Source of the DNA: Alphaproteobacteria bacterium
Lineage (GTDB): Bacteria; Pseudomonadota; Alphaproteobacteria; Bin95
NCBI GenBank assembly: GCA_965205265.1
Contig: CBDBGH010000003.1
Location: 1,568,001-1,632,000, forward strand
Length of the DNA: 64,000 nucleotides
Direction of reading: 5' to 3'
Made by a program: the position numbers and the translations under genes. This document shows positions 1 to 9,772 of the stretch, one piece after another (the first letter of the stretch is position 1; each line of letters opens with the position of its first letter). The notes under the pieces are model-generated. The model was not told the origin of the DNA. It worked only from the letters and a program-made list of their open reading frames with translations, and ran no database searches.

Positions 1-247
1 GCGATCGCAGGGCGTCCAGATGCCGTTCCAGAGCGGCCCGGCTTCCGAGGTGTTTCGCGCCGATATGCGGCACCGGCGCCATGCCCGCGCCCGCCAGCCG
101 CGCCGCCGTCCTGACGATATCGTCGAGCGCGCCATCCGGCAGATGGGTGACGAAGACGCGCGTGCCCTGGGGCGCCAGCGCCGCGAAGGAGCCGACCTTC
201 CGGGCGCCGCCCGGCGTCGTCTCGATTGAAAAGCCGTCGATCTTCAT
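1..247 (-). CDS. metF: Methylenetetrahydrofolate reductase, short alphaproteobacterial type (5' part, runs off the window)
   Basis: Manual translation from ATG at 247 gives MKIDGFSIETTPGG...TRVFVTHLP...AGMAPVPHIGA, matching my recollection of this MTHFR family. Divergent from a GcvT-family dehydrogenase. Not in the ORF track because it has no stop in the window. Confidence 0.65.
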   Translation of the reverse strand, partial: MKIDGFSIETTPGGARKVGSFAALAPQGTRVFVTHLPDGALDDIVRTAARLAGAGMAPVPHIGAKHLGSRAALERHLDALRS

Positions 248-416
248 GCCCGCGAAGGTCCCGCGCCCCGGAGGCCGCTTGCGGTCCGCGCGCGACGAAG
301 AGTTTCCCCTATGCGACAGCTTGTCGTGACAGGCATATTCGATGTCGCGAATGGAACGCTTGCCGCCGGCCGCTTGCGGCAGGGTCCCGATGCCAATGAG
401 GGAAGGAGCCCCACCC

Positions 417-2849
417 ATGCGCACTCACGCCCGGGCTGTGGTTGTCGGCGGCGGCTGCGTCGGCGTCTCGGTCGCTTACCACCTCGCAAAGCTGGGTTGG
501 TCCGACACCGTGTTGCTGGAGAAGTCCGAATTGACGGCCGGCTCCACCTGGCACGCGGCGGGCCTGCTCCCGCTGTTCAACATGAGCTACAGCGTCGGCC
601 AGATCCACAAATATTCGGTCGATCTCTACAAGACGCTCGAAGCCGAGACCGGGCAGGATGTGAGCTTCCACGTCACCGGCAATCTCAGGCTCGCGACCAA
701 TCGCGACCGTATGGACGAGTACCGCAAATATTGCGGCACGGCGAACACTATCGGCGTGCCGTTCGAGATGATCGGGCTCGACGAGATCCGCGCGCTCTGG
801 CCGCTGGCGAACACGCAGGGCCTCGTGGGCGCCCTCTTCCACCCGCATGACGGCCATGTGGCCCCTGTCGATCTGACCAATGCGCTTGCGGCCGGCGCCC
901 GCGCCGGCGGCGCGGAGATACACCGCCACACGAAGGTCGTGGACATCCACCCGGAACCGGACGGCGCCTGGCGGGTCGTCACGGACAAGGGCGAGATCGT
1001 CGCCGAGCATGTGGTAACGGCGACGGGCGCCTGGTGCCGCCAGACGCTGGCGACGGTCGGGATCGACGTGCCCGTCATCCCGGTCGAACACCAGTATATC
1101 GTCACCGACTCCCACCCCGCGCTGACGGCCCGCCACGTCGAGGGGCTGCCGGAGATGCCGGTGCTGCGGGAGAGCGACGCCTCCTACTATCTCCGCGAGG
1201 AGCGCGACGGGCTGATCCTCGGCCCCTATGAGGCGGGCGCGCCGGCCTGCTTCGTGGACGGCGTGCCGGACGATTTCGGCCAGGAGCTGTTCCCCGGCGA
1301 TCTGGACCGGCTCGAACCCCATATCGAAGCCGCCATCGCCCGGGTGCCGATCTTCGGCGAAGCCGGCATCAAGGACGTGGTGAACGGCGCCATTCCCTAC
1401 ACCCCGGACGGCAACCCGCTGATCGGCCCGGCCTACGGCCTGAGGAACTTCTGGCTCGCCGAGGGATTCAGCTTCGGCGTGACGGCGGCGGGCGGCGCGG
1501 GGCGTTTCCTCGCGGAATGGATGGACGGCGAAGAGCCGCCCATAGACATGCTTGCGGTGGACCCCCGCCGCTTCGGCGCCTATGCGAACAAGAGCTACGC
1601 GGTCGAGAAGAACGAGGAAGCCTACCGCAACGTCTTCACCGTCCACTATCCGGACGAGGAGCGCCCCGCGGCCCGGCCGGCGAAGACGAGCCCCGTACAC
1701 AGCCGCCACGAGGCGGCCGGCGCGGTTTTCGGGCAGCGCTACGGATGGGAGCGGCCCAACTGGTTTGCGCCCTCAGGCGTTCCCCGGCGCGACGAATGGA
1801 GCTTCCGGCGCACCAACTGGTTCGGCCCCGTCGGCGAGGAATGCCGGACCGCGCGCGAACGGGCCGGGCTCATCGACATCACCAGCTTCTCCAAGTTTCG
1901 GGTCTCGGGCCCCGGCGCGGAATCTTTCCTCGACGGCCTGCTCGCGAACCGGATGCCGAAGAGGACAGGCGCGCTCCGCCTCGGCCATGCGCTGACCTCG
2001 ACCGGCGGCGTGCGGTCCGAGTTCTCGATCATGCGCGACGGGCCGGAGGAGTTCTATCTGGTATCCTCCGGCGCAGCCGAGCGTTTCGACCACGACTATC
2101 TCGCCAAGGCCCTGCCGGGCGATGGCTCGGTCGGTCTCGAAAACATCACCGAACGCCACGGCGTGCTGGTGCTGGTGGGGCCCTGTTCCCGCGACGTGTT
2201 GCAGAAGCTGACCGAGACGGACCTCTCCAACGAGGCGTTCCCCTGGCTTACCGGCCGGCATATCCGCGTTGGCATGGCGCCGGTGCGTGCGCTCAGGGTC
2301 AATTTCGTGGGCGAACTCGGGTGGGAGCTCCATCACCCGATCGAATACCAGACAGGACTCTATGACGCGCTCATGGCGGCCGGGGCGGAATACGGCATCG
2401 GCGGCGTCGGGATGCGGGCGATGGAGTCGCTGCGGGTCGAGAAGTCCTACCGCATGTGGGGCATGGACCTGACGACCGAATATTCCGCCTTCGAAGCCGG
2501 GCTGGACCGCTTCATCGCCTTGAACAAGCCGGACTTCATCGGCCGCGGCGCGCTCATCCGGCAGCGGGAGGAAGGCGTGCCGCAGGCGTTCGCGACCCTG
2601 GAGGTGGACGCGGAAGACGCCGACCCCTGGGGCAACGAGCCGCTGTATCTCGACGGCGAGATGGTCGGCCGGGCGACCTCCGGCGTTTACGGCCACACCG
2701 TCGGTCGAAGCCTGGCGCTCGCCTATCTGCGCCCCGAGGCGGCGGCGGTCGGCACCGGGCTTACCATCGACATCCTCGGCGCGCGGAGACCGGCCCGCGT
2801 CATTCCGGAGTCGCCGCACGATCCCGAAAACGAGCGGCTCAGGGCATAG
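417..2849 (+). CDS. GcvT-family FAD-dependent oxidoreductase (dimethylglycine/sarcosine dehydrogenase-like)
   Basis: GGGCVG dinucleotide motif, GSTWHAAG, C-terminal folate-binding GcvT domain (GYTGELG-like NFVGELGWELH). RBS GGAAGGAG before ATG 417. Confidence 0.9.
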   Translation: MRTHARAVVVGGGCVGVSVAYHLAKLGWSDTVLLEKSELTAGSTWHAAGLLPLFNMSYSVGQIHKYSVDLYKTLEAETGQDVSFHVTGNLRLATNRDRMDEYRKYCGTANTIGVPFEMIGLDEIRALWPLANTQGLVGALFHPHDGHVAPVDLTNALAAGARAGGAEIHRHTKVVDIHPEPDGAWRVVTDKGEIVAEHVVTATGAWCRQTLATVGIDVPVIPVEHQYIVTDSHPALTARHVEGLPEMPVLRESDASYYLREERDGLILGPYEAGAPACFVDGVPDDFGQELFPGDLDRLEPHIEAAIARVPIFGEAGIKDVVNGAIPYTPDGNPLIGPAYGLRNFWLAEGFSFGVTAAGGAGRFLAEWMDGEEPPIDMLAVDPRRFGAYANKSYAVEKNEEAYRNVFTVHYPDEERPAARPAKTSPVHSRHEAAGAVFGQRYGWERPNWFAPSGVPRRDEWSFRRTNWFGPVGEECRTARERAGLIDITSFSKFRVSGPGAESFLDGLLANRMPKRTGALRLGHALTSTGGVRSEFSIMRDGPEEFYLVSSGAAERFDHDYLAKALPGDGSVGLENITERHGVLVLVGPCSRDVLQKLTETDLSNEAFPWLTGRHIRVGMAPVRALRVNFVGELGWELHHPIEYQTGLYDALMAAGAEYGIGGVGMRAMESLRVEKSYRMWGMDLTTEYSAFEAGLDRFIALNKPDFIGRGALIRQREEGVPQAFATLEVDAEDADPWGNEPLYLDGEMVGRATSGVYGHTVGRSLALAYLRPEAAAVGTGLTIDILGARRPARVIPESPHDPENERLRA

Positions 2850-3936
2850 GGACGCCGTCGCCGAGGGAGATGCCGAGCGAACGCGCGGTATGCACCAGCG
2901 GGCCGTCCAGATCGACGGCGGCGTAGGTCCTGATCGCGTCCTCCAGCGGCACGTCGATGACCGTCCGGTTGCGCCATGCCACCAGCCGGTCGTGGCGGCC
3001 TTCCGCCAGGACATCCACGGCGTGGACGCCGAAGGCGGATGCGATGAGCCGGTCCTGCGCAATCGGCTTGCCGCCGCGCTGGATGTGCCCCAGCACGGCG
3101 ACGCGGGTCTCCGCGCCGGTCAGCTCCTCGAGCCGCGCCGCCACCCAATGCCCGATGCCCCCGTAACGGGCGCTCCCGCCGGCAGCCTGGCGCACGGCCT
3201 CGCCCGCCTCTGTGCGCACGGCCTCCGCAACGACCACCAGCGCGAAATTGCGCCCATGCGCCTTCAGCGCCTGTATCTTCGCGGCGACATGCGCGAGGTC
3301 GGCCGGAATCTCCGGTATCAGGATGGCGTCGGCTCCGCCGGCAATGCCCGCCGAGAGCGCGATATGGCCGGCGTCCCGGCCCATCACTTCCAGCACCATC
3401 ACCCGGTCGTGGCTCGCCGCCGTCGGCTGGAGATGGTCGAGCGCCTCGGTGGCGGCTGCAACGGCGCTGGCATGGCCGACGGCCGACTCGGTCGAGCCCA
3501 CGTCGTTGTCGATGGTCTTCGGAATGCCGACCAGGCGGATGCCGCCCTGCTGCGCCAGCCGGCGCAATATCGCGAAGCTTCCGTCGCCGCCAATGCCGAT
3601 CAGCGCATCCAGCCTCAGTTGCCGGTAGCCCTCGACGATCTCCTCGGACCGGTCGATCCTGGAGCCGTCGGGCATGGGGTAGTCGAAGGCATCGCCCTTA
3701 TTGGTGGTGCCCAGCACGGTGCCGCCCATACGAAGCAGCTGCCCGGTAAAGCGTTTCGGATCCATCACCTCGTATTGCAGAGGCCTGGACAGCAGGCCGA
3801 GCGTGCCCTTCTGGATGCCGACGACCGTCCACCCGAGGTTCCCGTGCGCATGCAGGGTCACGGCCCGGACGGCGGCGTTCAGCCCGGCGCAGTCGCCGCC
3901 GCTGGTCAGGATTCCAATGCGCCTTATCTCGCTCAC
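2839..3936 (-). CDS. pfkA: 6-phosphofructokinase
   Basis: TSGGDCAGLN, GGDGS, PKTIDND and MGR motifs. Confidence 0.93.
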   Translation of the reverse strand: MSEIRRIGILTSGGDCAGLNAAVRAVTLHAHGNLGWTVVGIQKGTLGLLSRPLQYEVMDPKRFTGQLLRMGGTVLGTTNKGDAFDYPMPDGSRIDRSEEIVEGYRQLRLDALIGIGGDGSFAILRRLAQQGGIRLVGIPKTIDNDVGSTESAVGHASAVAAATEALDHLQPTAASHDRVMVLEVMGRDAGHIALSAGIAGGADAILIPEIPADLAHVAAKIQALKAHGRNFALVVVAEAVRTEAGEAVRQAAGGSARYGGIGHWVAARLEELTGAETRVAVLGHIQRGGKPIAQDRLIASAFGVHAVDVLAEGRHDRLVAWRNRTVIDVPLEDAIRTYAAVDLDGPLVHTARSLGISLGDGVPMP

Positions 3937-3983
3937 CGTTCCGGCCTCTGCTATAGTGGATAGAGAGACGGAGCATAGGTGGA

Positions 3984-4193
3984 ATGTCCAGTCTGACGGA
4001 AGACGACGCGAAGGCCGCGAGGCTCGCTGCGTTGCGTTCCGAACATGCCGATCTCGACTACGCCATCGCCGCGCTCACCGAGAAGGTTCCGTTCGACCAG
4101 TTGCAGGTGCAGCGGCTGAAGAAACGAAAGTTGTGGCTGCGGGACATGATTGCGAGACTGGAGGCGCAGGGCCATCCGGACCTGATCGCCTGA
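3984..4193 (+). CDS. YdcH/DUF465 family small coiled-coil protein
   Basis: EHADLD..I...QRLKKRKLWLRD.I and PDLIA C-terminus. Usual position upstream of purE in alphaproteobacteria. Confidence 0.85.
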   Translation: MSSLTEDDAKAARLAALRSEHADLDYAIAALTEKVPFDQLQVQRLKKRKLWLRDMIARLEAQGHPDLIA

Positions 4194-4253
4194 AGGGTAT
4201 TTCCTGCGCCGGCCCGCCGCCGGCGGATTTCCAGCAGCGAGGGGGACGGGATC

Positions 4254-4742
4254 ATGGACGAGGCCGCCGTTCACATCGGTATCGTCATAGGCAGCCAGTC
4301 GGATTGGGCCGTGATGAAGCGGGCCTCGGAAACCCTGGATGCGCTCGAAGTGGCGCATGAGTCGCGCATCGTCTCTGCGCACAGAACCCCCGACCGCCTC
4401 TACAGCTATGCCCGCTCGGCCCGCGACCGGGGCCTGATGGCGGTGATTGCCGGCGCGGGCGGTGCTGCGCACCTGCCCGGCATGGTGGCCTCCATGACGA
4501 TCCTGCCCGTTTTCGGCGTGCCGATGCCGAGCCGCGCGCTCTCCGGCCTCGACAGCCTGCTTTCCATCGTGCAGATGCCTGCCGGGGTGCCGGTCGGCAC
4601 GCTCGCCATAGGCGAAGCCGGCGCGGTCAATGCGGCGCTGCTCGCGGCCGGCGTCGTCGCGCTTGGCGACCCGGCGCTTGCCGAACGGCTTCGGGCCTGG
4701 CGCGACCGGCAGACCGCCGCGGTCGCCGAAACGCCTCGATGA
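4254..4742 (+). CDS. purE: N5-CAIR mutase
   Basis: [22 protein letters not shown] and QMPAGVPV motifs. Confidence 0.97.
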   Translation: MDEAAVHIGIVIGSQSDWAVMKRASETLDALEVAHESRIVSAHRTPDRLYSYARSARDRGLMAVIAGAGGAAHLPGMVASMTILPVFGVPMPSRALSGLDSLLSIVQMPAGVPVGTLAIGEAGAVNAALLAAGVVALGDPALAERLRAWRDRQTAAVAETPR

Positions 4743-5803
4743 CACGGATAGCGCCGGGCGGCTCCATCGGCATTTTCGGCGGCGGCCAGCTCGGCCGCAT
4801 GACAGCCCTTGCCGCGGCCCGCCTCGGCTATCGTTGCCATGTTTTCTGCCCCGAGGCGGACAGCCCCGCAGTCGAGGTCTCGGCGGCGGCAACGATTGCC
4901 GGATATGACGACGCGCAGGCGCTCGATGCCTTCTCCGCTTCCATAGACGTGGCCACCTTCGAGTTTGAAAACGTTCCCCATGAAGCGGTGGCCCGTGTCG
5001 CCGCGAAAGTGCCGGTGAGGCCCGGCTGGGAGGCGCTGCGGACCAGCCAGGATCGCGCCGTGGAAAAACGTTTCCTGGGCGGCATCGGGCTTGAAACGGC
5101 TTCCTGGGTCGAAGTCCGTTCGGCGGCCGACCTCAGCCGCGCGCCCTGCCCCGGCATCCTGAAGACCGCAAGGCTCGGCTATGACGGCAAGGGGCAGGTC
5201 CGGCTGGTTGAGGGCTTCGATGCCGATGCAGTTTGGGAAGCGTTCGGCGCCGGACGCGGCGTGGCCGAAGCGCTGGTCGATTTCTCGGCCGAGGTCTCGG
5301 CGATTGCAGCCCGGGGAGAGGACGGTCGCATTGCCGTGTTCGATGTCGCGCAGAACGACCACCGGGAGGGCATATTGCGGCGCTCGCTGGTGCCCGCGCC
5401 CGTCCCGTCGGCTGTTGCAGCCGAGGCGCAGGCGCAGGCGGCGCGGGCAGCGGAGGCGCTGGACCTTGTCGGGTTGCTTGCAGTCGAATTCTTTGTCACC
5501 CGGAGCGGCAGGCTGCTTGCAAACGAGATTGCGCCCCGGCCGCACAATTCCGGCCACTGGACCCAGGATGCCTGCGGGACCGACCAGTTCGAGCAATTCG
5601 TCCGCGCCGTCGCCGGCCTGCCGCTCGGCGACCCGGCGCGGCTGAGCGACGTCGAGATGGTCAACCTGCTCGGAGACGATATCCTTGCCTGGCAGGACGT
5701 GCTCGCCGAGCCGGGTGCCCGGCTGCACCTGTACGGGAAACGCGATATCCGCCCCGGCCGCAAGATGGGGCACGTGAACCGCCTCTTACCGAAATCGCGG
5801 TGA
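4739..5803 (+). CDS. purK: N5-CAIR synthase
   Basis: [32 protein letters not shown] and RKMGH motifs. ATGA overlap with purE. Confidence 0.97.
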   Translation: MTRIAPGGSIGIFGGGQLGRMTALAAARLGYRCHVFCPEADSPAVEVSAAATIAGYDDAQALDAFSASIDVATFEFENVPHEAVARVAAKVPVRPGWEALRTSQDRAVEKRFLGGIGLETASWVEVRSAADLSRAPCPGILKTARLGYDGKGQVRLVEGFDADAVWEAFGAGRGVAEALVDFSAEVSAIAARGEDGRIAVFDVAQNDHREGILRRSLVPAPVPSAVAAEAQAQAARAAEALDLVGLLAVEFFVTRSGRLLANEIAPRPHNSGHWTQDACGTDQFEQFVRAVAGLPLGDPARLSDVEMVNLLGDDILAWQDVLAEPGARLHLYGKRDIRPGRKMGHVNRLLPKSR

Positions 5804-6427
5804 AAAGGCCCGGAAGCGCGGCAGCCTTGCGCCGCATCGCTGCAGTCGCGCCCGCGCTTTGCCGATGCGCGCAACATCCTCGAGCCGGCGGTCGAGGAAC
5901 GCCCAGGTCGCCCCCAGATCCTCGGACCGGTCGTTCAACCAGATCTGGAGAACCGCTGCATAAATGCCCGCCAGGGTTGCGCGTTTCGTGTAGTAGCTGA
6001 AATCCGTGCTCCGGTCGTCGGCCAACAGCCAGACCGCGTCCACTGTGCGGTAGAGCGACCTCAACGCCAGCGGCGCGTTGTGCGGAAGGGCGAGCCGCGC
6101 CGCAGCCCGCCGGATGGCCTCGCGATGCGGCGCATTTCGCTCCAGCCGCGCGCGGAGCGCCGCCCGGACGGTCGCTGCCGCGCCCGCCGGCGGAGGATCG
6201 AGCGCCGATACCTCCTCGACCATATGCCGGTCGGCAAGCGCCATATGCACTTCGATGGCCTCCATCGGCCCCCGGGGGAACAGCACCGCGGCCTCGCCTT
6301 CGTCGAGATCGGCCGCCACGGCCCCGGCGCGAAGCGCAGCCATGGTCCAGCCGTCGAAAGCGATATGCGGCAGGGCCGCTTCCACCACGAGCTCGCGCAG
6401 GCGTTCCCTGCTCTCCTGTTCGACCAT
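5786..6427 (-). CDS. COQ9-family protein (rpsU-divergent)
   Basis: FDGW...LFP and DRSTDFSYYTKRATL motifs. Divergent from rpsU. Confidence 0.88.
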   Translation of the reverse strand: MVEQESRERLRELVVEAALPHIAFDGWTMAALRAGAVAADLDEGEAAVLFPRGPMEAIEVHMALADRHMVEEVSALDPPPAGAAATVRAALRARLERNAPHREAIRRAAARLALPHNAPLALRSLYRTVDAVWLLADDRSTDFSYYTKRATLAGIYAAVLQIWLNDRSEDLGATWAFLDRRLEDVARIGKARARLQRCGARLPRFRAFSPRFR

Positions 6428-6544
6428 GATGCCCCTGTCCCGGCGGCCGGCACATGGCGCATGCCGGACCGGCCTTCTGCAATGCCATTGCCCGTGCTAT
6501 AAAACCGCCCCTTCCAACCGAAGCCAAAGGAGCAGTGAGCACCC

Positions 6545-6748
6545 GTGCATGTTACCGTTCGTGACAACAATGTCGATCAGGCGCTAAGGGCGCTGAAGAA
6601 GAAAATGCAGCGCGAAGGCATTTTTCGGGAAATGAAACTCCGCCGCTCTTATGAAAAGCCTTCGGAAAAGCGCGCAAGGGAACAGGCGGAGGCCGTCCGC
6701 CGCCATCGCAAGATGATGCGCAAGCGTCTGGAGCGCGAGGGATACTAA
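6545..6748 (+). CDS. rpsU: 30S ribosomal protein S21
   Basis: [21 protein letters not shown]...YEKPSEKR. Confidence 0.97.
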   Translation: MHVTVRDNNVDQALRALKKKMQREGIFREMKLRRSYEKPSEKRAREQAEAVRRHRKMMRKRLEREGY

Positions 6749-6755
6749 TTCTGCC

Positions 6756-8381
6756 ATGAGCGCCTATGACCGGGGCCTCGACCGGCAGAACGCGAATTAC
6801 GAGCCGCTGACGCCGCTTTCGTTCCTGCAACGGACTGCCTGGGTTTTCCCGGAGCATCCGTCGGTCGTGCATGGAAAGCGCCGGTTCACCTGGAAAGAGA
6901 CGCGCGAACGCTGCCACAGGCTGGCGGGCGCGCTTGCCGGGCACGGCATCGGCAAGGGCGATACCGTGGCCGTTATGGCCGCGAACACGCCGGAGATGCT
7001 GGAATGCCATTTCGGCGTGCCGATGACGGGCGCCGTGCTGAACACGCTGAATATCCGCCTCGACGCGGCGTCCATCGCCTTCATGCTGGGACATGGCGAG
7101 GCGAAGGCCATTCTGGTTGACCGGGAATTCTCCGGGACAGTCCGGCAAGCGCTGGCCGGGATCGGGCGGGATATCCTGACCGTGGATATCGACGATCCGG
7201 AATATGACGGGCCGGGAGACCGGATCGGCAGCCTCGACTACGAAGCCTTTCTGGCCGAGGGCGACCCCGGTTTCACCTATGCGCCGCCGCCGGACGAATG
7301 GGACGCGATCTCGCTGAACTACACCTCCGGCACGACAGGCAATCCCAAGGGCGTGGTCTATCATCATCGCGGCGCCTGGCTGAACGCGACCGGCAACACG
7401 ATGGCGTGGCAGATGCAGCTCCATCCGGTCTATCTCTGGACGCTGCCGATGTTCCACTGCAACGGCTGGTGCTTCCCCTGGACGATCACCGCCCAGGCCG
7501 GCACGCATGTCTGCCTCCGGCGCGTGGAGGCGAAGGGAATTTTCGACGCGATTGCGGTCGAAGGCGTGACGCATTTCTGCGGCGCGCCCATCGTGCTCAA
7601 CATGCTGCTGCACGCCCCGGAGGACGAACGCCGGAGCTTCGCCCACCGCGTCCAGGTGATGACCGCGGCCGCCCCGCCGCCGCCCTCCACGCTCGAGGGC
7701 ATGGAAGCTATGGGCTTCGACATCACCCACACCTACGGCCTGACGGAATGCTACGGCCCCGCCGTAGTCTCGGCCTGGAACAGGGACTGGGATGCGCTGC
7801 CGGGCGCCGAACGCGCGGCGATGAAGGCGCGGCAGGGCGTCCGCTATCCGGTTCTCGAAGGCCTGACGGTGATGGACCCCGGGACGATGGCGGAAACGCC
7901 CCGCGACGGCGAGACCATCGGCGAGGTGATGATGCGCGGCAATGTCGTGATGAAGGGCTATCTGAAGAACGAGGACGCGAGCGCGGAGGCATTCGCCGGC
8001 GGCTGGTTCCACACCGGCGATCTCGGCGTCATGCACGAGGACGGTTATATCGCACTCAAGGACCGGTCGAAGGACATCATCATTTCCGGCGGGGAGAACA
8101 TCTCGTCCGTCGAGGTGGAACAGGTCCTCTACAGGCACCCGGCGGTGCTCGAAGCCGCGGTCGTGGCCAGGCCGGACGAAAAATGGGGCGAGACTCCCTG
8201 CGCCTTCGTCGAGACGCTTTCGGGCGCCGAGCCGACGGAAGCGGAGGTCATCGCCTTCTGCCGGGACAACATGGCCCGTTTCAAGGCCCCGCGCCATGTC
8301 GTGTTCGGCCCCCTGCCCAAGACCTCCACCGGAAAGGTGCAGAAGTTCGTCCTCCGCGAACGCGCGCGCGACCTGGACTGA
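6756..8381 (+). CDS. AMP-forming acyl-CoA synthetase
   Basis: YTSGTTGNPKG, PMFHCNGW, YGLTE and KTSTGK motifs. Confidence 0.92.
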   Translation: MSAYDRGLDRQNANYEPLTPLSFLQRTAWVFPEHPSVVHGKRRFTWKETRERCHRLAGALAGHGIGKGDTVAVMAANTPEMLECHFGVPMTGAVLNTLNIRLDAASIAFMLGHGEAKAILVDREFSGTVRQALAGIGRDILTVDIDDPEYDGPGDRIGSLDYEAFLAEGDPGFTYAPPPDEWDAISLNYTSGTTGNPKGVVYHHRGAWLNATGNTMAWQMQLHPVYLWTLPMFHCNGWCFPWTITAQAGTHVCLRRVEAKGIFDAIAVEGVTHFCGAPIVLNMLLHAPEDERRSFAHRVQVMTAAAPPPPSTLEGMEAMGFDITHTYGLTECYGPAVVSAWNRDWDALPGAERAAMKARQGVRYPVLEGLTVMDPGTMAETPRDGETIGEVMMRGNVVMKGYLKNEDASAEAFAGGWFHTGDLGVMHEDGYIALKDRSKDIIISGGENISSVEVEQVLYRHPAVLEAAVVARPDEKWGETPCAFVETLSGAEPTEAEVIAFCRDNMARFKAPRHVVFGPLPKTSTGKVQKFVLRERARDLD

Positions 8382-8480
8382 ACGGCGGCGCGCGACCGCT
8401 GTCCGCCCGGTTACAGGGACAAACCGGCAGTTGTTGATCACATTTTATTCTAAATTCCTGAAGTAATTCTCGAAAAGGAA

Positions 8481-8507
8481 TTGACCTGAGAGAATTTGTG
8501 CTACAAT
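8481..8507 (+). promoter_or_regulatory. Candidate sigma70 promoter (extended -10 TGcTACAAT, TTGACC upstream) ahead of the repeated element
   Basis: TTGACC at 8481-8486 and TG-C-TACAAT at 8499-8507 in an AT-rich patch. The spacer is only 15 nt. Confidence 0.45.
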
Positions 8508-8924
8508 AGGCAGCAGGAGGAAGGAAGCGGCATCCGCGGGTCCGCTTCGTTTCACCGTTCGCGCCGGCGCGAAAAAACCCCTGATTCAGCCAACGGGCGA
8601 AGTGCGTCCTGCCACCGGCTCGCACGCGCGGGCGGGCGCGGGCAATCAGGCGCGCAAACCGCGCCGCCGCGAAACGTGCGCCCCCGCGCGCACAGGCGCC
8701 CGCGCAGGATACGCGCGAATCAGGGTCCCGCCGCTCCGGGCAGCCGGGCGGCGGGGAGAACGGAACGAAGACCGACCGGGAGGAAGGCCCCATGCCGAAG
8801 ATGAGAAGTTACCGAAACAGGCGGGAATATCCGATGCTTATGCCCGAACAGGCCACAGCATATGTGCCGCTCGCATGCAAATCATGACATCTCATGACAC
8901 ATCGCTGGAGTGGGCCCTGGCTCC
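8502..8924 (+). repeat. Dispersed ~400-bp structured intergenic element, copy A
   Basis: Shares blocks TCGCGCCGGCGCGAAAAAAC, GGGCAATCAGGCGCGCAAACCGCGCC, TACGCGCGAATCAGGGTCCCGCCGC, AACGGAACGAAGA and ATCATGACAT.CATGACA with the reverse complement of ~21168-21560. Confidence 0.8.
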
Positions 8925-8956
8925 GGGTGGTCGATAGCGGGCCGTTTGCGGTGGAC

Positions 8957-9772
8957 CTATTGCGGGTCCGCATCCCGCAGCGCCCCCGCCAGCGCGCAGA
9001 AGTCCTCCACCGACAGGTCCTCGGGGCGCAGGGTGCCGTCGAGTCCTGCGCGGGCGGGCAGCTTACCGAGCGTGCGCCGGAGCATCTTCCGCCGCCCTCC
9101 GAAAGCGCGGGCCGTGACCGTCTCCAGATCGCCCGGATGCACAGGGACCGGCGAGGGGCGCGGCGTCATCGCAACCACGCTGGAAGAAACTTTCGGCGGC
9201 GGCGTGAAAGCGCCGGGAGGCAGGTCGAAACAGTGGCGGATTTCGGTGCGCCATTGCGCGAGAATCGAGAGCCGTCCGCGCGCCTTCCCGCCCGGTGGAG
9301 CCAGCAGCCGGTCGGCCACCTCCTTCTGGAACATCAGGATCATGGACTCGATGCCGTCCGGGCGCCGCAGCCAGCCGACCAGCAGGGGCGTTGCGATGTT
9401 GTATGGCAGATTGGCAACGATCTTGACCGGCGCAGGGCCGAGCGCGGTCACATCCACTTGCAGCGCGTCGGCAGTCAGCACCCGGAGACGCCCCGCGCTG
9501 GCCGCCGCCAGTTCCGCCAGCGCCTCTACGCAGCGGGCGTCGCGCTCAACCGCGACGATACGTGCGGCGCCGGCCTCCAGAAGCGCGCGCGTGAGACCGC
9601 CTGGCCCGGGCCCGATCTCGACCACCGTCCGGCCCGCCAAGGGCTCCGCCGCGCGGGCGATGCGGTCCGCAATTCCGGGGTCCAGAAGGAAATGCTGGCC
9701 GAGCGCGCGGCGGGCGCCCAATCCGTATCGGCGGATCAGGTCCTGCGGGCGCGGCAGTTTGCCGTCAGACAC
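8957..9772 (-). CDS. rsmA: 16S rRNA adenine dimethyltransferase
   Basis: LGQHFL, EIGPGPGGLT, ANLPYNI and FTPPPKV motifs. Confidence 0.96.
   Translation of the reverse strand: MSDGKLPRPQDLIRRYGLGARRALGQHFLLDPGIADRIARAAEPLAGRTVVEIGPGPGGLTRALLEAGAARIVAVERDARCVEALAELAAASAGRLRVLTADALQVDVTALGPAPVKIVANLPYNIATPLLVGWLRRPDGIESMILMFQKEVADRLLAPPGGKARGRLSILAQWRTEIRHCFDLPPGAFTPPPKVSSSVVAMTPRPSPVPVHPGDLETVTARAFGGRRKMLRRTLGKLPARAGLDGTLRPEDLSVEDFCALAGALRDADPQ

Noticed and set aside
309-1709. Long antisense or alternative-frame ORFs (also 6552-8441, 8910-11474, 22873-24837, 39183-41696, 44417-45904, 57743-59587, 60183-62870)
   Set aside because: They are shadows of well-supported genes in high-GC DNA with few stop codons, and have no recognisable motifs.
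8557-8577. Rho-independent terminator at TCGCGCCGGCGCGAAAAAA
   Set aside because: The A-run follows the palindrome on the plus strand, so no U-tract follows the stem on either strand.
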